Part shown: positions 45,039 to 55,101 of the stretch, in pieces
How positions within the stretch are numbered: the first letter of the stretch is position 1
Layout: each line of letters begins with the position of its first letter
Assembly: GCA_028867135.1 (NCBI GenBank)
Contig: JAGWGW010000006.1
Coordinates: 1 to 60,577 of the forward strand
Direction of reading: 5' to 3'
DNA: 60,577 nucleotides
Source: Candidatus Micrarchaeota archaeon
GTDB lineage: Archaea > Micrarchaeota > Micrarchaeia > Micrarchaeales > CABMGC01
Notes under the pieces: model-generated
Told to the model about the DNA's origin: nothing
Databases searched by the model: none
What the model saw: the letters and a program-made list of their open reading frames with translations, nothing else
Translations under genes and position numbers: made by a program

Positions 45039-47661
45039 ACTCGACAAGGACTCGTTGAGAGCAGAATTCTCGAAGAACCCCAACGAGTACTACAAGGTCA
45101 GGCTATTCGACGAGCAGGGCTACGAAAGGCGCAGGTGCAGCGCATGCGGCAAGTTCTTCTGGAGCATAGGGGAAAGGGAGACGTGCGACGATCCGAGCCA
45201 TACGGAGTACTCCTTCTTCAAGGAGAGCCCGAAGCCAATAGGCTATGTCGAGTTCTGGAAGAAGTTCTCGGGATTTTTCAAGAAGAACGGTCATGCTATA
45301 GTAGACAGGTACCCCGTTGTAAGCAGGTGGAGGCAGGACCTCTACTTCACTATAGCAAGCATACAGGATTTCCAGCGCATAGAGAACGGGGCGATGTCCT
45401 TCGAGTACGGGGCAAACCCGTTGCTGGTGCCGCAGATATGCCTGAGGTTCAGCGACATAGAGAACGTAGGGGTGACGGGAAGGCATCTCACGAGCTTCAT
45501 GATGGCTGGCCAGCACGCGTTCAACTATCCTAAGGAAGGTTATTGGAGGGACAGGACCATCGAGCTCAACTACAACTTCCTTACTGAGGAATTGGGCGTA
45601 AAGAAGGAGAACCTTCTGTACAACGAGGACGTCTGGGCTATGGGCGACTTCTCCGAGTTCGGGCCGTGCCTCGAAAGCTTTTCCAACGGAGCCGAGCTGG
45701 TCAACAGCGTATTCACGCAGTTCGAGAGCGTCAACGGCGAGGTCAAGGAGCTGAAGGGAAAGGTGGTCGACGTGGGATGGGGGTTCGAGAGGCTGATGTG
45801 GTTCTACACAGGATACGACAGCGCGCTTGAGGCCGTATTCCACGACACGATAAGAAAGCTGGGAGGAAAGATAACCTTTGAGGTCGACGGCAAGCTGTTC
45901 AGGAAGTTCAGCACGCTGTCCAGCGAGCTGGACGTGACCGAGAAAGGGGCGAAGTCCAAGGAGCTCGCGCTTTTGGACAAGGCAGGAATATCCTTGGAAG
46001 ACTACGAATCGAAGGTAAGGCCGACGCAGGCGCTTTACGCCGTGCTCGACCACACCAGGACGCTCCTGTTCGCGATAACCGACGGCGCGCTGCCGTCCAA
46101 CATAGGAGGAGGCTACAACCTGAGGGTCATACTGAGGAGGGCATTGAGCTTCATAGAGGAGTACAATCTTGCATTCGATCTTAACGAAGTCGCAAAGCTG
46201 CAGGCCCATGAGCTCAGCGAACTATTCCCCGAACTCTCTACAAATCTTGACCTGTTCGCAAAGGTGGTCGAGATAGAGGATAGGAGGTTCATGAATACGA
46301 GGGAGAATGCAAGCCGGATCATCGAAGGGATAATGGCGAAGAGCAGGAAGTTAGACGCCAAGGAGCTCAGGACACTGTACGAAAGCAACGGCATAACGCC
46401 AGAGCTTATTAAGACGACAGCTGCAAAGAAGAAGATAAGGATGGACATGCCCGAGAGCAGCTATGAGGACATCGTGAAGGGGGATTTCGCCGCAAGGGAG
46501 AGGGGCAAGAGGATAGAGATAGGCACCGAGGGGATTGGCAAGACCGAGCAACTGTACTACAAGCTTGCCGAAGAGTCAACATCGAAGATACTCAAGTCCG
46601 AGAAAAAGTACATAGTACTTGACAAGACACCCTTCTATCCTGAAGGGGGAGGCCAGGAGGCGGACCACGGCACGATAAACGGCTTCAAGGTGGTCGACGT
46701 GCAGAAGTTGGGCAACGTCATCGTGCACGTTATGGAGGATGACATCGGAAGCAAGAAGGAGCTGCAGAAGGGCGCGGCTGCAAAATGCCTCGTGGACAAG
46801 GAGAGAAGGAAAAGGCTGATGGTGCACCACACGTCCACGCACCTCATGAGCGCAGCTGCAAGGCATGTACTTGGCCAGCACGCGTGGCAGGAAGGAACCA
46901 GAAAGGAGTTCCACAAGGCCCACATAGACATAGCGCATTACGACAAGCTCAACGACCAGGAGATAAAGATGTTGGAGGATTTCGCCAACGGCAAGCTTTT
47001 CGGCGGAATAAAGGTGACCGTAAAGGAGATGGACAGGAAGGAGGCTGAGAAGGCGTACGGCTTCGAGATATACCAGGGGCACGGGGTTCCGGCGCAGAGG
47101 ATAAGGATGGTGATAATAGAGGACAGGGACGGCAACTTCATAGACGCGGAGGCGTGCGGAGGCCTTCATGTATCAGGAACGGAGCAGGCGATAGGGATGA
47201 TCAAGATAATAAAGACCGAGAGGATATCCGACGGCATAGACAGGATAGAGTTCGTTGCAGGGAACGCCGCACTCGACCACTGGAGAAGCATACAGGAGAA
47301 GACCGAGGCGCAGCTCAAGGAGAACAACTGGAAGATGCTGGAGCTGAGGCAGCATGAAGCGAAGGTCGAGGAGAAACTGCTCAGAGGCATAGTCGGTGAA
47401 AAGGAGGTTGGAAGGGACAGCGTAGTTGCACAGGAGTACGACCTGGAGAAGGACATGCTGAGGAAGCTTGTGCTGCTGTTCGTGGAAAAGCACCCTGACA
47501 AGCTGTTCGAGCTCAGGAACAGGCATGGCGATGTCATATGCTTCAAGGGGCCCAAGCTCAGCGCGCCGGGCGCAGGCGCCTTGGAGCACCTAAAGCAGAA
47601 ATACGGCGACAAGTTCAAGGGAGGGGGCAACCAGCAGACAGCAGAAGGAAGGATAGGATAG
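45022..47661 (+). CDS. alaS: alanyl-tRNA synthetase
   Basis: 879 aa. HTSTHLMSAAARHVLGQHAWQEG editing-site motif. CGGLHV motif. Archaeal AlaRS layout. Confidence 0.8.
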   Translation: MLAPGRLDKDSLRAEFSKNPNEYYKVRLFDEQGYERRRCSACGKFFWSIGERETCDDPSHTEYSFFKESPKPIGYVEFWKKFSGFFKKNGHAIVDRYPVVSRWRQDLYFTIASIQDFQRIENGAMSFEYGANPLLVPQICLRFSDIENVGVTGRHLTSFMMAGQHAFNYPKEGYWRDRTIELNYNFLTEELGVKKENLLYNEDVWAMGDFSEFGPCLESFSNGAELVNSVFTQFESVNGEVKELKGKVVDVGWGFERLMWFYTGYDSALEAVFHDTIRKLGGKITFEVDGKLFRKFSTLSSELDVTEKGAKSKELALLDKAGISLEDYESKVRPTQALYAVLDHTRTLLFAITDGALPSNIGGGYNLRVILRRALSFIEEYNLAFDLNEVAKLQAHELSELFPELSTNLDLFAKVVEIEDRRFMNTRENASRIIEGIMAKSRKLDAKELRTLYESNGITPELIKTTAAKKKIRMDMPESSYEDIVKGDFAARERGKRIEIGTEGIGKTEQLYYKLAEESTSKILKSEKKYIVLDKTPFYPEGGGQEADHGTINGFKVVDVQKLGNVIVHVMEDDIGSKKELQKGAAAKCLVDKERRKRLMVHHTSTHLMSAAARHVLGQHAWQEGTRKEFHKAHIDIAHYDKLNDQEIKMLEDFANGKLFGGIKVTVKEMDRKEAEKAYGFEIYQGHGVPAQRIRMVIIEDRDGNFIDAEACGGLHVSGTEQAIGMIKIIKTERISDGIDRIEFVAGNAALDHWRSIQEKTEAQLKENNWKMLELRQHEAKVEEKLLRGIVGEKEVGRDSVVAQEYDLEKDMLRKLVLLFVEKHPDKLFELRNRHGDVICFKGPKLSAPGAGALEHLKQKYGDKFKGGGNQQTAEGRIG

Positions 47662-47669
47662 GTAAGAGA

Positions 47670-48170
47670 ATGCAACCGATACTCTATTACGCGATCCTAT
47701 ATCCGATAATATACATATTTCCAGCGTACGTTGCTAATGGAGCTCCGGTGCTCTTCGGCGGAAAGAAGCCGCTTGACATGGGAATGAAATTCAAAGGCAG
47801 GCCCATACTGGGCATGCACAAGACAATAAGAGGCACGATCGCGGGGCTGCTGTCAGGCTCCCTCGTAGGATACATCGAATCCTTCGCGCTCCCATACATG
47901 CTGCCCGTTGGGATAATGCTCAGCGCAGGCGCGATGTTCGGCGACATCTTCGGCAGCTTCCTGAAAAGGAGGATGGGAATAAGGGAAGGGGCCAAGACGT
48001 TGCTGCTTGACCAATACCCATTCCTCATATTCGCGCTTCTATTCGCGTTTCCTCTTGGCAACCAGCCGGCACTGTACGGCATTCTCTTCCTTTTCATACT
48101 GACAGGGGCCATGCACGCGTTCACGAACTACGCCGCAAACAGGATGAAGCTCAAAAGAGTGCCCTGGTAG
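47670..48170 (+). CDS. carS: CDP-archaeol synthase (DUF46)
   Basis: PAYVANGAPVLFGG…MFGDIFGSFLKRRMGI…LDQYPF pattern. Start at internal ATG 47670. Confidence 0.6.
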   Translation: MQPILYYAILYPIIYIFPAYVANGAPVLFGGKKPLDMGMKFKGRPILGMHKTIRGTIAGLLSGSLVGYIESFALPYMLPVGIMLSAGAMFGDIFGSFLKRRMGIREGAKTLLLDQYPFLIFALLFAFPLGNQPALYGILFLFILTGAMHAFTNYAANRMKLKRVPW

Positions 48171-48171
48171 G

Positions 48172-49644
48172 TCAGATGCGCCATACCCACGGCAGGAAGT
48201 TTATCGCTATGCAGACGATCGAGAGGAACATCAGCCACTTGATCACGTTCCTGCTCTTTATGCTGGCGTTGAATATCCTCCATCCGTCAAGCCCTGGCAA
48301 CGGCAGCAGGTTGAACATGCCGACGAACAGGTTCAGAAGAAACGAGAGTGCGAACAGCGAGTAGAGGAAGTAGACAGCTGCAGATACGGGGCTGTTCCTG
48401 GTAATCGTTGTAACCTGGTTCAGCAGCACGCCTATCTTCCCGGTGCTGTTCGTATGCAGTACAAACGCGCCCCTGTCTGTCACGAGCGACACGTTAGAGT
48501 ACGGAGTGTCGTTCCTGGCGACCTGCTGAAGGCCCGACAGGTTCTTGATTTCATGGCCGTTCCACTTCAGCACGGTCGATCCCGGCGTTATCGCATTGTA
48601 GGCTGCAGAGCCGGGGACGGTCGAGCTGACAACAACGGCGGTGCTTATGAAATGCGGCAGCACGTACAGCACCACCAGGAGCATGAGCGCCAGGAACACT
48701 ATGGAAAAGAGCAGGTTCGAGGCTATCCCAGCCGAGAATATCCTGTTCTGCTCCCTTTTCTTCAGCTTCAGTATCGCCTTCTCGTCGGGTTCGACGTAGG
48801 CTCCCAGAGGCACGATGCCGACCAGCAGCAGCCCCACCGTCTTGACCTTTATGCCGGCTATCCTTGCCAGGACCCCGTGGGAGAACTCGTGCACGACGAG
48901 GATTATCGCGAGCGCTATCACGCCGCTGAATATCGGTATGGTAATGCCGGGTATTATCGGCGCCGCTCCGGGCACCTGGTTTGTCAATATCGAATAATTC
49001 GGCGCAGCATTTGCCGCGCTTATCAGGAAATCTGCGATGCCCCACAATATCACGACGGCCCCGTATACCATCGACGCGATAAGGTAGAGGAAGAAGCCGC
49101 CGATTATGCTAATCGCGTAAAGCGCATACTGCAACGCTGTGACCGGCAATGACAGCTGGACCGACGGCTGCTGCTGTTGGATGCCTCCGAGCCCTGGAAT
49201 GTTGATGAAGCTTATAGATGCGAGCAGGTTAGGGAGCACAACGACAAGGAAGAAAAGCATCGAGAGTATGCCAAAGGCGATCATCCTCCTGCTGATGTCC
49301 TTCCTGAACATAAGATAAGACAAGAGGCCGAATCCAAGGACCATGCCCCAGTCCGCAAGCCCCTTCCAGAACCACTGCCCTGACTTTGACAGCCTCTCTA
49401 TGGTCCCTATGCCATGCTTTCCTCCCATTAGGTATATCCCGTAAAAAACCCTTGTGAAGTTCATCCGCTTGCGGATCAGCTCGCCGAAGGCGAGCAGAGC
49501 CAGTATCGCCAAGCCCCACTTTGCCACAACGCCCAGGCTGCCTATTGCGATAGCGTACAGAGTCAGCGCGCATATCACCGCCAAAAGAATAGGCGCCTTC
49601 ACATCCAGACTGGCTTTTGCGCTGCTGCTCCTGGGTTTGGGCAT
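48172..49644 (-). CDS. site-2 protease family (M50) zinc metalloprotease
   Basis: HEFSHG (HExxH) in a TM helix. LPGLDGWRIF (LDG motif). Polytopic. Confidence 0.65.
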   Translation of the reverse strand: MPKPRSSSAKASLDVKAPILLAVICALTLYAIAIGSLGVVAKWGLAILALLAFGELIRKRMNFTRVFYGIYLMGGKHGIGTIERLSKSGQWFWKGLADWGMVLGFGLLSYLMFRKDISRRMIAFGILSMLFFLVVVLPNLLASISFINIPGLGGIQQQQPSVQLSLPVTALQYALYAISIIGGFFLYLIASMVYGAVVILWGIADFLISAANAAPNYSILTNQVPGAAPIIPGITIPIFSGVIALAIILVVHEFSHGVLARIAGIKVKTVGLLLVGIVPLGAYVEPDEKAILKLKKREQNRIFSAGIASNLLFSIVFLALMLLVVLYVLPHFISTAVVVSSTVPGSAAYNAITPGSTVLKWNGHEIKNLSGLQQVARNDTPYSNVSLVTDRGAFVLHTNSTGKIGVLLNQVTTITRNSPVSAAVYFLYSLFALSFLLNLFVGMFNLLPLPGLDGWRIFNASIKSRNVIKWLMFLSIVCIAINFLPWVWRI

Positions 49645-49712
49645 TGTCTCAATGATTTATCACAGTCGCTATTATATACCTTACATGAATAATTGGTATT
49701 CAGGGGATTGAA

Positions 49713-50174
49713 ATGGCGGATTGCGAGATCTGCGGAAGGGACGCGGCAACGCAGCACATAATCGAGATAGAGGGGGCACAGATGTCCGTGTGCGCAAACT
49801 GCGCGAAGGGCAAGAAGGTGCTCGAGAAGATAGAGCCTCATAGCGAGCCGGACAAGAGGCAGCGGCAGGCCAAACCAGCTGCAGAGGAGCGCGAGCTGGT
49901 GGACGATTACGGGACCAGGATAAGGCACGCGAGGGAGGGCATGGGGCTGTCGCTCAAGGTTGTCGCCGAGAAGATAAGCGAGAAGGAGTCCACGCTGCTG
50001 CGTGTTGAAGAGGAGAAGATGAGACCCAACGACGCGCTGATGAAGAAGCTGGAGAAGGAGCTTGGAATCAGGCTTACGGAATCAATTGCCCAGGCCAGTG
50101 GCAGGATGCCTGTGAGCAGGGGAGAACCAATCACCCTCGGCGATGCGGTAATAAGGAAGGACGGCAAGAGATAG
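49713..50174 (+). CDS. archaeal MBF1-type regulator (N-terminal zinc ribbon plus XRE-type HTH)
   Basis: MADCEICGR…CANCAK. C-terminal HTH (MGLSLKVVAEKISEKESTLLRVE). Confidence 0.6.
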   Translation: MADCEICGRDAATQHIIEIEGAQMSVCANCAKGKKVLEKIEPHSEPDKRQRQAKPAAEERELVDDYGTRIRHAREGMGLSLKVVAEKISEKESTLLRVEEEKMRPNDALMKKLEKELGIRLTESIAQASGRMPVSRGEPITLGDAVIRKDGKR

Positions 50175-50185
50175 CGCGTGGTTAA

Positions 50186-51244
50186 TTGGCTGTTGACCTT
50201 GGGAAGTTCGTAGGAGAGGTAAAGGAGAACATAACACTTGACGAGCTTTCCGGAAAGACGATAGCTGTAGACGCTTACAACACCATCTACCAGTTCCTGT
50301 CCATAATCAGGCAGCCGGACGGCACTCCGCTGATGGACTCGAAGGGAAGGGTCACCAGCCACCTGTCGGGCCTTCTTTACAGGACCACCAATCTTCTCGA
50401 GTTTGGGATATCCCCAGTATTCGTGTTCGACGGTCTGCCTCCAATCCAGAAGCAGAGGACCATAGAAGCAAGGATGAACAGGAGGAAGGAAGCCCTTGAA
50501 GGGTGGAACAAGGCAAAGGCGGAAGGGATGGTAGCAGAGGCAAGGGCGTTCGCGATGGCGAGCACCAGGATAACAAAAGACGTTGTGGAGAGTGCAAAGG
50601 AGCTGCTCGGCTACATGGGCATACCGTACATGCAGGCGAACAGCGAGGCTGAGGCGCAGGCAGCGCACATGGTCAAGTCGGGGCTTGTATACGCCACTGC
50701 AAGCCAGGACTACGACTCGTTCCTTTTTGGTTCAGATGTCGTGCTAAGGAACATAACTATAACAGGAAAGAGGAAGCTGCCGAAGAGGAACGTCTTCATA
50801 GACGTAAAGCCTGAGAGGGTGATGCTTCAGAAGCTCCTTTCGAACCTTGGGCTGAGCATCAACCAGCTTATCTGGATGGGCATGCTGATAGGCACAGACT
50901 TCAATTCAGGGATAGACAAGGTCGGGCCCAAGACGGCGCTCAAGATAGTCAAGGGGCACAGCACGCTAGATGCGATAACCAAGCACGTAAAGGAGAAGTA
51001 CAACTACGATTGGGAATCGGATCCGAAGGAGATAGAAGCGATATTCACGAAACCCGACGTGCTGGACGTCTCGGTCGATAGGTTCAACGAAATGATCAAA
51101 GGCGCAAGGCCTGAAGCAGGCAGGATAATCAAGTTCATGTGCGACGAGCACGGCTTTTCACATGAGAGGGTAGGGAAGGTTGCGGACAAGCTGCTCGAGA
51201 TTAAGGGCAGGAAGGGCCAGAAAGGAATAAATACTTGGCTATGA
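50186..51244 (+). CDS. fen: flap endonuclease 1
   Basis: IAVDAYNTIYQFLS…PVFVFDG…XPG-N/I domains. TTG start. Confidence 0.8.
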   Translation: MAVDLGKFVGEVKENITLDELSGKTIAVDAYNTIYQFLSIIRQPDGTPLMDSKGRVTSHLSGLLYRTTNLLEFGISPVFVFDGLPPIQKQRTIEARMNRRKEALEGWNKAKAEGMVAEARAFAMASTRITKDVVESAKELLGYMGIPYMQANSEAEAQAAHMVKSGLVYATASQDYDSFLFGSDVVLRNITITGKRKLPKRNVFIDVKPERVMLQKLLSNLGLSINQLIWMGMLIGTDFNSGIDKVGPKTALKIVKGHSTLDAITKHVKEKYNYDWESDPKEIEAIFTKPDVLDVSVDRFNEMIKGARPEAGRIIKFMCDEHGFSHERVGKVADKLLEIKGRKGQKGINTWL

Positions 51245-51375
51245 CATCTACTTCTGATTCAATGCAGAAAACGGTATCAAAAAGCAAAAGGAAGCTCGGA
51301 AAGCACTACAGGTCCAGAGTGAAGATAATGAAGCTGAGGAAGGCTGCAAGGAAGAAGCTCAAGAAGCAGCGCTAG
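51241..51375 (+). CDS. small Lys/Arg-rich protein (44 aa)
   Basis: Unlisted ORF MTSTSDSMQKTVSKSKRKLGKHYRSRVKIMKLRKAARKKLKKQR. ATG overlaps the fen stop. Identity unknown. Confidence 0.3.
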   Translation: MTSTSDSMQKTVSKSKRKLGKHYRSRVKIMKLRKAARKKLKKQR

Positions 51376-51977
51376 GCAATGTCGTTGTACATCTTGTCGT
51401 TGAATTCGTACGCCGTCACATCAGCGCCTTTCACTATCCCAAGGCTTTCCAGCAGCTCCTCCCTGCTGCCGCATTCCCTGATGCCGCTCTCCAGGTCTAT
51501 TGCGATGACCCTCCCGTTATACTCGGAATAGACCACGAAGCTCCTGTCCGCATCCCTTATCCTTATTATCACTTTCGAGGACGCGGAGCCAAGCGCGACT
51601 AGCAGGCTGCAGAGAAGGACAGCCCTGTCGAAGACGTCGCCAGCCTCGTGCTTGAGCGTTTCGGAAGGCTTCTGCCAGAACTGTATGGGCAGCGCTATGG
51701 GCGTTATTACATCCTTGACGTAATCGTATGCCTTTGCAGCAGCCTCAGGAAAGTGCTCCTCATACCTGTATAATGGGAACTTGTCCGTTATGCCCTTTGC
51801 CACATTTGCAACCCCGTCGTTCTCAGGGGTCACGAGCTTCGGCAGCTCAGCGACATAGAGGCTCTCCTTGTCCTCTATGTGCTCTTTGTACCTCATTATT
51901 ATTTCAAGATAGATGTCGTTGTACTTTTTCAACAACTCATTGTCATCCATTTTTACCTTGATATAATGTGCTAACAA
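51372..51977 (-). CDS. hypothetical protein
   Basis: 201-aa ORF, no motif recognised. Confidence 0.4.
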   Translation of the reverse strand: MLAHYIKVKMDDNELLKKYNDIYLEIIMRYKEHIEDKESLYVAELPKLVTPENDGVANVAKGITDKFPLYRYEEHFPEAAAKAYDYVKDVITPIALPIQFWQKPSETLKHEAGDVFDRAVLLCSLLVALGSASSKVIIRIRDADRSFVVYSEYNGRVIAIDLESGIRECGSREELLESLGIVKGADVTAYEFNDKMYNDIA

Positions 51978-52017
51978 AGAATTAATACTCTTTCTGGATA
52001 CTTAGTATGGAGCTACC

Positions 52018-53322
52018 ATGTCCATAAGCATAGCAAAGTCCCAGAAGGCCGCAGGCAGGAAGGTGTCGTTGGCCGGATGGGTGCACAGGAAGAGGGAAAG
52101 CGGAGGCATCGTGTTCATAATAATCAGGGACAGCAGCGGGATCCTGCAGATAGCCATCAAGAAGGACAGCGTGGACGAAAGCTCGTGGAAAGCCGCAAAC
52201 GAGACGACTATAGAATCGAGCGTCAAGGTATCGGGCATAGTAAAGGAGGAGAAGAGGGCACCTACCGGATACGAGATGCAGGCAACAAAATTCAGGAACG
52301 TGCAGGTGTCTGAACCGTACCCGATAACGGAGTACCAGAGCACGGAGCTGCTGCTGGACAAGAGGCATCTCTGGTTGAGGAGCAGGCGCATGACCGAGAT
52401 AATGAAGGCGAGGTCGTACATATTCAGGTATACCCGGCAATTCCTCGACAAAAAGGGGTTCTACGAAATAACGCCGCCGATAATAACGAAGGCCGGTGGG
52501 GAAACTGGAGCTGACATGTTCGAGATAGACTTCTTCGGCCAGAAGGCCTACCTGACCGAATCATCGCAGCTCTACGCAGAGGTCATGGAGTTCGCGCTGG
52601 AGAAGACGTACTCGTTTGTGCCGTCCTTCAGGGCTGAGAAGTCAAGGACAACGAAGCACCTTGCAGAGTACTGGCACCTGGAACCCGAGATGCCTTACTA
52701 TAGCAATGAGCAGGCTATGGGCCTTGAAGAAAAGCTGGTCAGCTACATAGCGAACACCCTTGCAGCTAAGAATCCTGACATACTTAAGAACCTCGAGATA
52801 AATCCCGATACGCTGCTCAAGATAAAGCCGCCATTCGAAAGGATAAGCTATGAGAAGGCGCTCGAGATACTGGACCAGAAAGGGCTCAAGAGGAGCTGGG
52901 GCGACGATTTCGGTGTAGACGACGAACGCGCGCTGACCGAGGACAAGGACAAGCCGATATTCGTGCACAGCTGGCCAAGGGAGATAAAACCATTCTACAT
53001 GCCGGTAAACCCGAAGGATAAGAGAACGGTGCTAAGCTCCGACATGCTTGCGCCAAAGGGGCACGGGGAAATCATAGGAAGCGGGGTCAGGGAATGGAGG
53101 CTGAAGGAGCTGCTTGCAAGGATGAAGGAGGTGGAGGACCGGAAGGGCATAAAGTTCAACATGAAGAACTACGAGTGGTGGATAGACCTGAGAAGGTACG
53201 GCTCCATACCGCACGCAGGCTTCGGCATGGGGATGGAGCGGCTCATCAAATGGCTGCTAAACCTGGATCACATAAGGGACGCGATACCGTTCCCGAGAAT
53301 GGTGAACAGGCTCGAACCGTGA
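52018..53322 (+). CDS. asnS: asparaginyl-tRNA synthetase (class IIb; Asn over Asp favoured)
   Basis: Class II motifs. FRAEKSRTTKHLAEYWHLEPEM (the W-containing variant typical of AsnRS). 434 aa. Confidence 0.6.
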   Translation: MSISIAKSQKAAGRKVSLAGWVHRKRESGGIVFIIIRDSSGILQIAIKKDSVDESSWKAANETTIESSVKVSGIVKEEKRAPTGYEMQATKFRNVQVSEPYPITEYQSTELLLDKRHLWLRSRRMTEIMKARSYIFRYTRQFLDKKGFYEITPPIITKAGGETGADMFEIDFFGQKAYLTESSQLYAEVMEFALEKTYSFVPSFRAEKSRTTKHLAEYWHLEPEMPYYSNEQAMGLEEKLVSYIANTLAAKNPDILKNLEINPDTLLKIKPPFERISYEKALEILDQKGLKRSWGDDFGVDDERALTEDKDKPIFVHSWPREIKPFYMPVNPKDKRTVLSSDMLAPKGHGEIIGSGVREWRLKELLARMKEVEDRKGIKFNMKNYEWWIDLRRYGSIPHAGFGMGMERLIKWLLNLDHIRDAIPFPRMVNRLEP

Positions 53323-53326
53323 CTGC

Positions 53327-53800
53327 ATGGAGCAGGCACTCGAATCCTACCTAAAGAAGCTAGGGATAAGTTACAGGATGCATACACACAAAGCTGTCTT
53401 CACAGTCGAGGAATCGACCCGCCTGAGGGGAGAGATACCGGGCATGCACACGAAGAGCCTCTTCCTAGAGGATGAAAAAGGGAACTTCTACCTTGTATGC
53501 ATGGACGCCTTCAAGAGGCTTGACATCAGGGCGCTTAGAAAGCGCCTGAATGCTGGCAAGCTCCAGTTCGCATCCCCCGACAAGCTCAAGAGCGAACTGA
53601 ACCTCACTCCTGGAAGCGTCTCAATATTCGGCATGATAAACGCAAGGAACACAAAGCTGATAATCGACAGGGACCTATGGGATGCAGGCATGGTCGCATT
53701 CCATCCAAACATCAACACAGAAACGCTTGAGATAACGCACGATGGCCTGAAGAGTTTCTGCGATTCGCTGGGTTCCAGCAAGGAAATAATCGAACTGTAG
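53327..53800 (+). CDS. ybaK: YbaK/ProX-type aminoacyl-tRNA deacylase domain protein
   Basis: About 157 aa with the YbaK-like pattern (…HTKSLFLEDEKGNFYLVC…). Confidence 0.5.
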   Translation: MEQALESYLKKLGISYRMHTHKAVFTVEESTRLRGEIPGMHTKSLFLEDEKGNFYLVCMDAFKRLDIRALRKRLNAGKLQFASPDKLKSELNLTPGSVSIFGMINARNTKLIIDRDLWDAGMVAFHPNINTETLEITHDGLKSFCDSLGSSKEIIEL

Positions 53801-53865
53801 CATAGGAATATTTTTATACCATATAATTGCCTATATCTGCGCCGATTTGATGCAATAGTGGTAAA

Positions 53866-54576
53866 ATGGATCAAGAAACGACTCAGGAGCACGCAGTGAT
53901 AATAGCATGCATGGACAAGAGGCTGAACGCGCCTCTCGATGAATTCATGGCAAAACTGCAGGGAGGAAGCAGCGGAATGGGGGTGACGGTCCTGAGGAAT
54001 CCCGGTGCCAATGTAAATGGGGCAAAGGAATCAATATATGCACTTGAGAGATCTGGGACGAGGCCGACCGCGTATTACATAATGCCTCACACAGACTGCG
54101 CAGCTGTAAAGCTCGCAGCTGACAACGTAAATGTAGGCGCGAGCGACATCTCGAACAAGACCCTTCAGGCTGAAAATCTTGTCAAAATGCTGGGCGAGAT
54201 GGACTCGTTGGCATTTTTCGACACCAAGAAGAACGTGATATTTGCAGACGTGGCAAAGGTAAAAGCCCCTCATCATGACATCGGGCCCGTCTTGGTTGTC
54301 ACGGTAACCCCTTCAGCAAAAAGCTACGCCGAAATGGCGAAGACCGTAGGCTCGGACATACTGGACACATACTTTGTGCAGGCGCTGAGCCCGGGAGAGG
54401 CATCTAAGGACGTCTTCAACTTCGCAAAGAAAATAGATGCAAGCAAGATAGTGGTCCTATGCCTGACAGCCTCCAGCCAGGAAAAATCCATGGCAGACGG
54501 CATGGTGAGGCAGTATTCGTCCCTTGGGATCGACTCCACGGCCCAGTCGCTCAGGAAGGACAGGATAAAGGGATGA
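53866..54576 (+). CDS. beta-class carbonic anhydrase-like protein (divergent)
   Basis: CMDKR (compare CxDxR) and HTDCAA (compare HxxCG), 60 residues apart, as in beta-CAs. Confidence 0.35.
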   Translation: MDQETTQEHAVIIACMDKRLNAPLDEFMAKLQGGSSGMGVTVLRNPGANVNGAKESIYALERSGTRPTAYYIMPHTDCAAVKLAADNVNVGASDISNKTLQAENLVKMLGEMDSLAFFDTKKNVIFADVAKVKAPHHDIGPVLVVTVTPSAKSYAEMAKTVGSDILDTYFVQALSPGEASKDVFNFAKKIDASKIVVLCLTASSQEKSMADGMVRQYSSLGIDSTAQSLRKDRIKG

Positions 54577-54580
54577 CGGC

Positions 54581-55012
54581 TCAATCCAGCACCAGCGACG
54601 TCTTTGTCTTCACGACGCCATGCTTGGAGTCTATGAATCCGAGGAGAATCTCCTTGAGATGCTCAGAGCTCTTCGCTATGACCTTAAGCAGGATGTCAGC
54701 TTCCCCGGTTATCAGCGACCCCTCCCTTATGTACATATGCTCCAGCAGCTCATCAAGCAGGTCATCCTGCGTCTTGTGTATCTTCTTCAGAAGGTCAACG
54801 TCTATATTGACGAATATGTAGGCCGTTATCGGATATCCTGCCTTCTTCCAGTCTATCTCCCCCTTGTAATGCTCTATCACCCTCTCCTTCTCCAGCTTCT
54901 TCATCCTTACGTGCACGGTGGAGAGCGGCGAGCCTGTCTTCTTGGCTAGATCTGAATACCTTGTCGTTCCTCCGTCGACCAGCTCTATCAGCTCCTCGTC
55001 AAATTGGTCCAT
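54581..55012 (-). CDS. lrp: Lrp/AsnC family transcriptional regulator
   Basis: HTH (YSDLAKKTGSPLSTVHVRMKKL) plus RAM domain. Divergent from asnB. Confidence 0.75.
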   Translation of the reverse strand: MDQFDEELIELVDGGTTRYSDLAKKTGSPLSTVHVRMKKLEKERVIEHYKGEIDWKKAGYPITAYIFVNIDVDLLKKIHKTQDDLLDELLEHMYIREGSLITGEADILLKVIAKSSEHLKEILLGFIDSKHGVVKTKTSLVLD

Positions 55013-55101
55013 GGTTGTATTTTATGCAATATTATATATAAATCTATTGATTATTCTTGTAATAAATCCGCTTTATTATCAAATAAATATATATAGGGCC
55101 T
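55013..55101. promoter_or_regulatory. AT-rich divergent promoter/operator region for lrp/asnC and asnB
   Basis: tatatataaat and aaatatatata TATA-like elements on both sides. Confidence 0.35.

Noticed and set aside
45103-46209. 368-aa minus-strand ORF inside alaS
   Set aside because: Antisense to AlaRS, whose motifs are clear.
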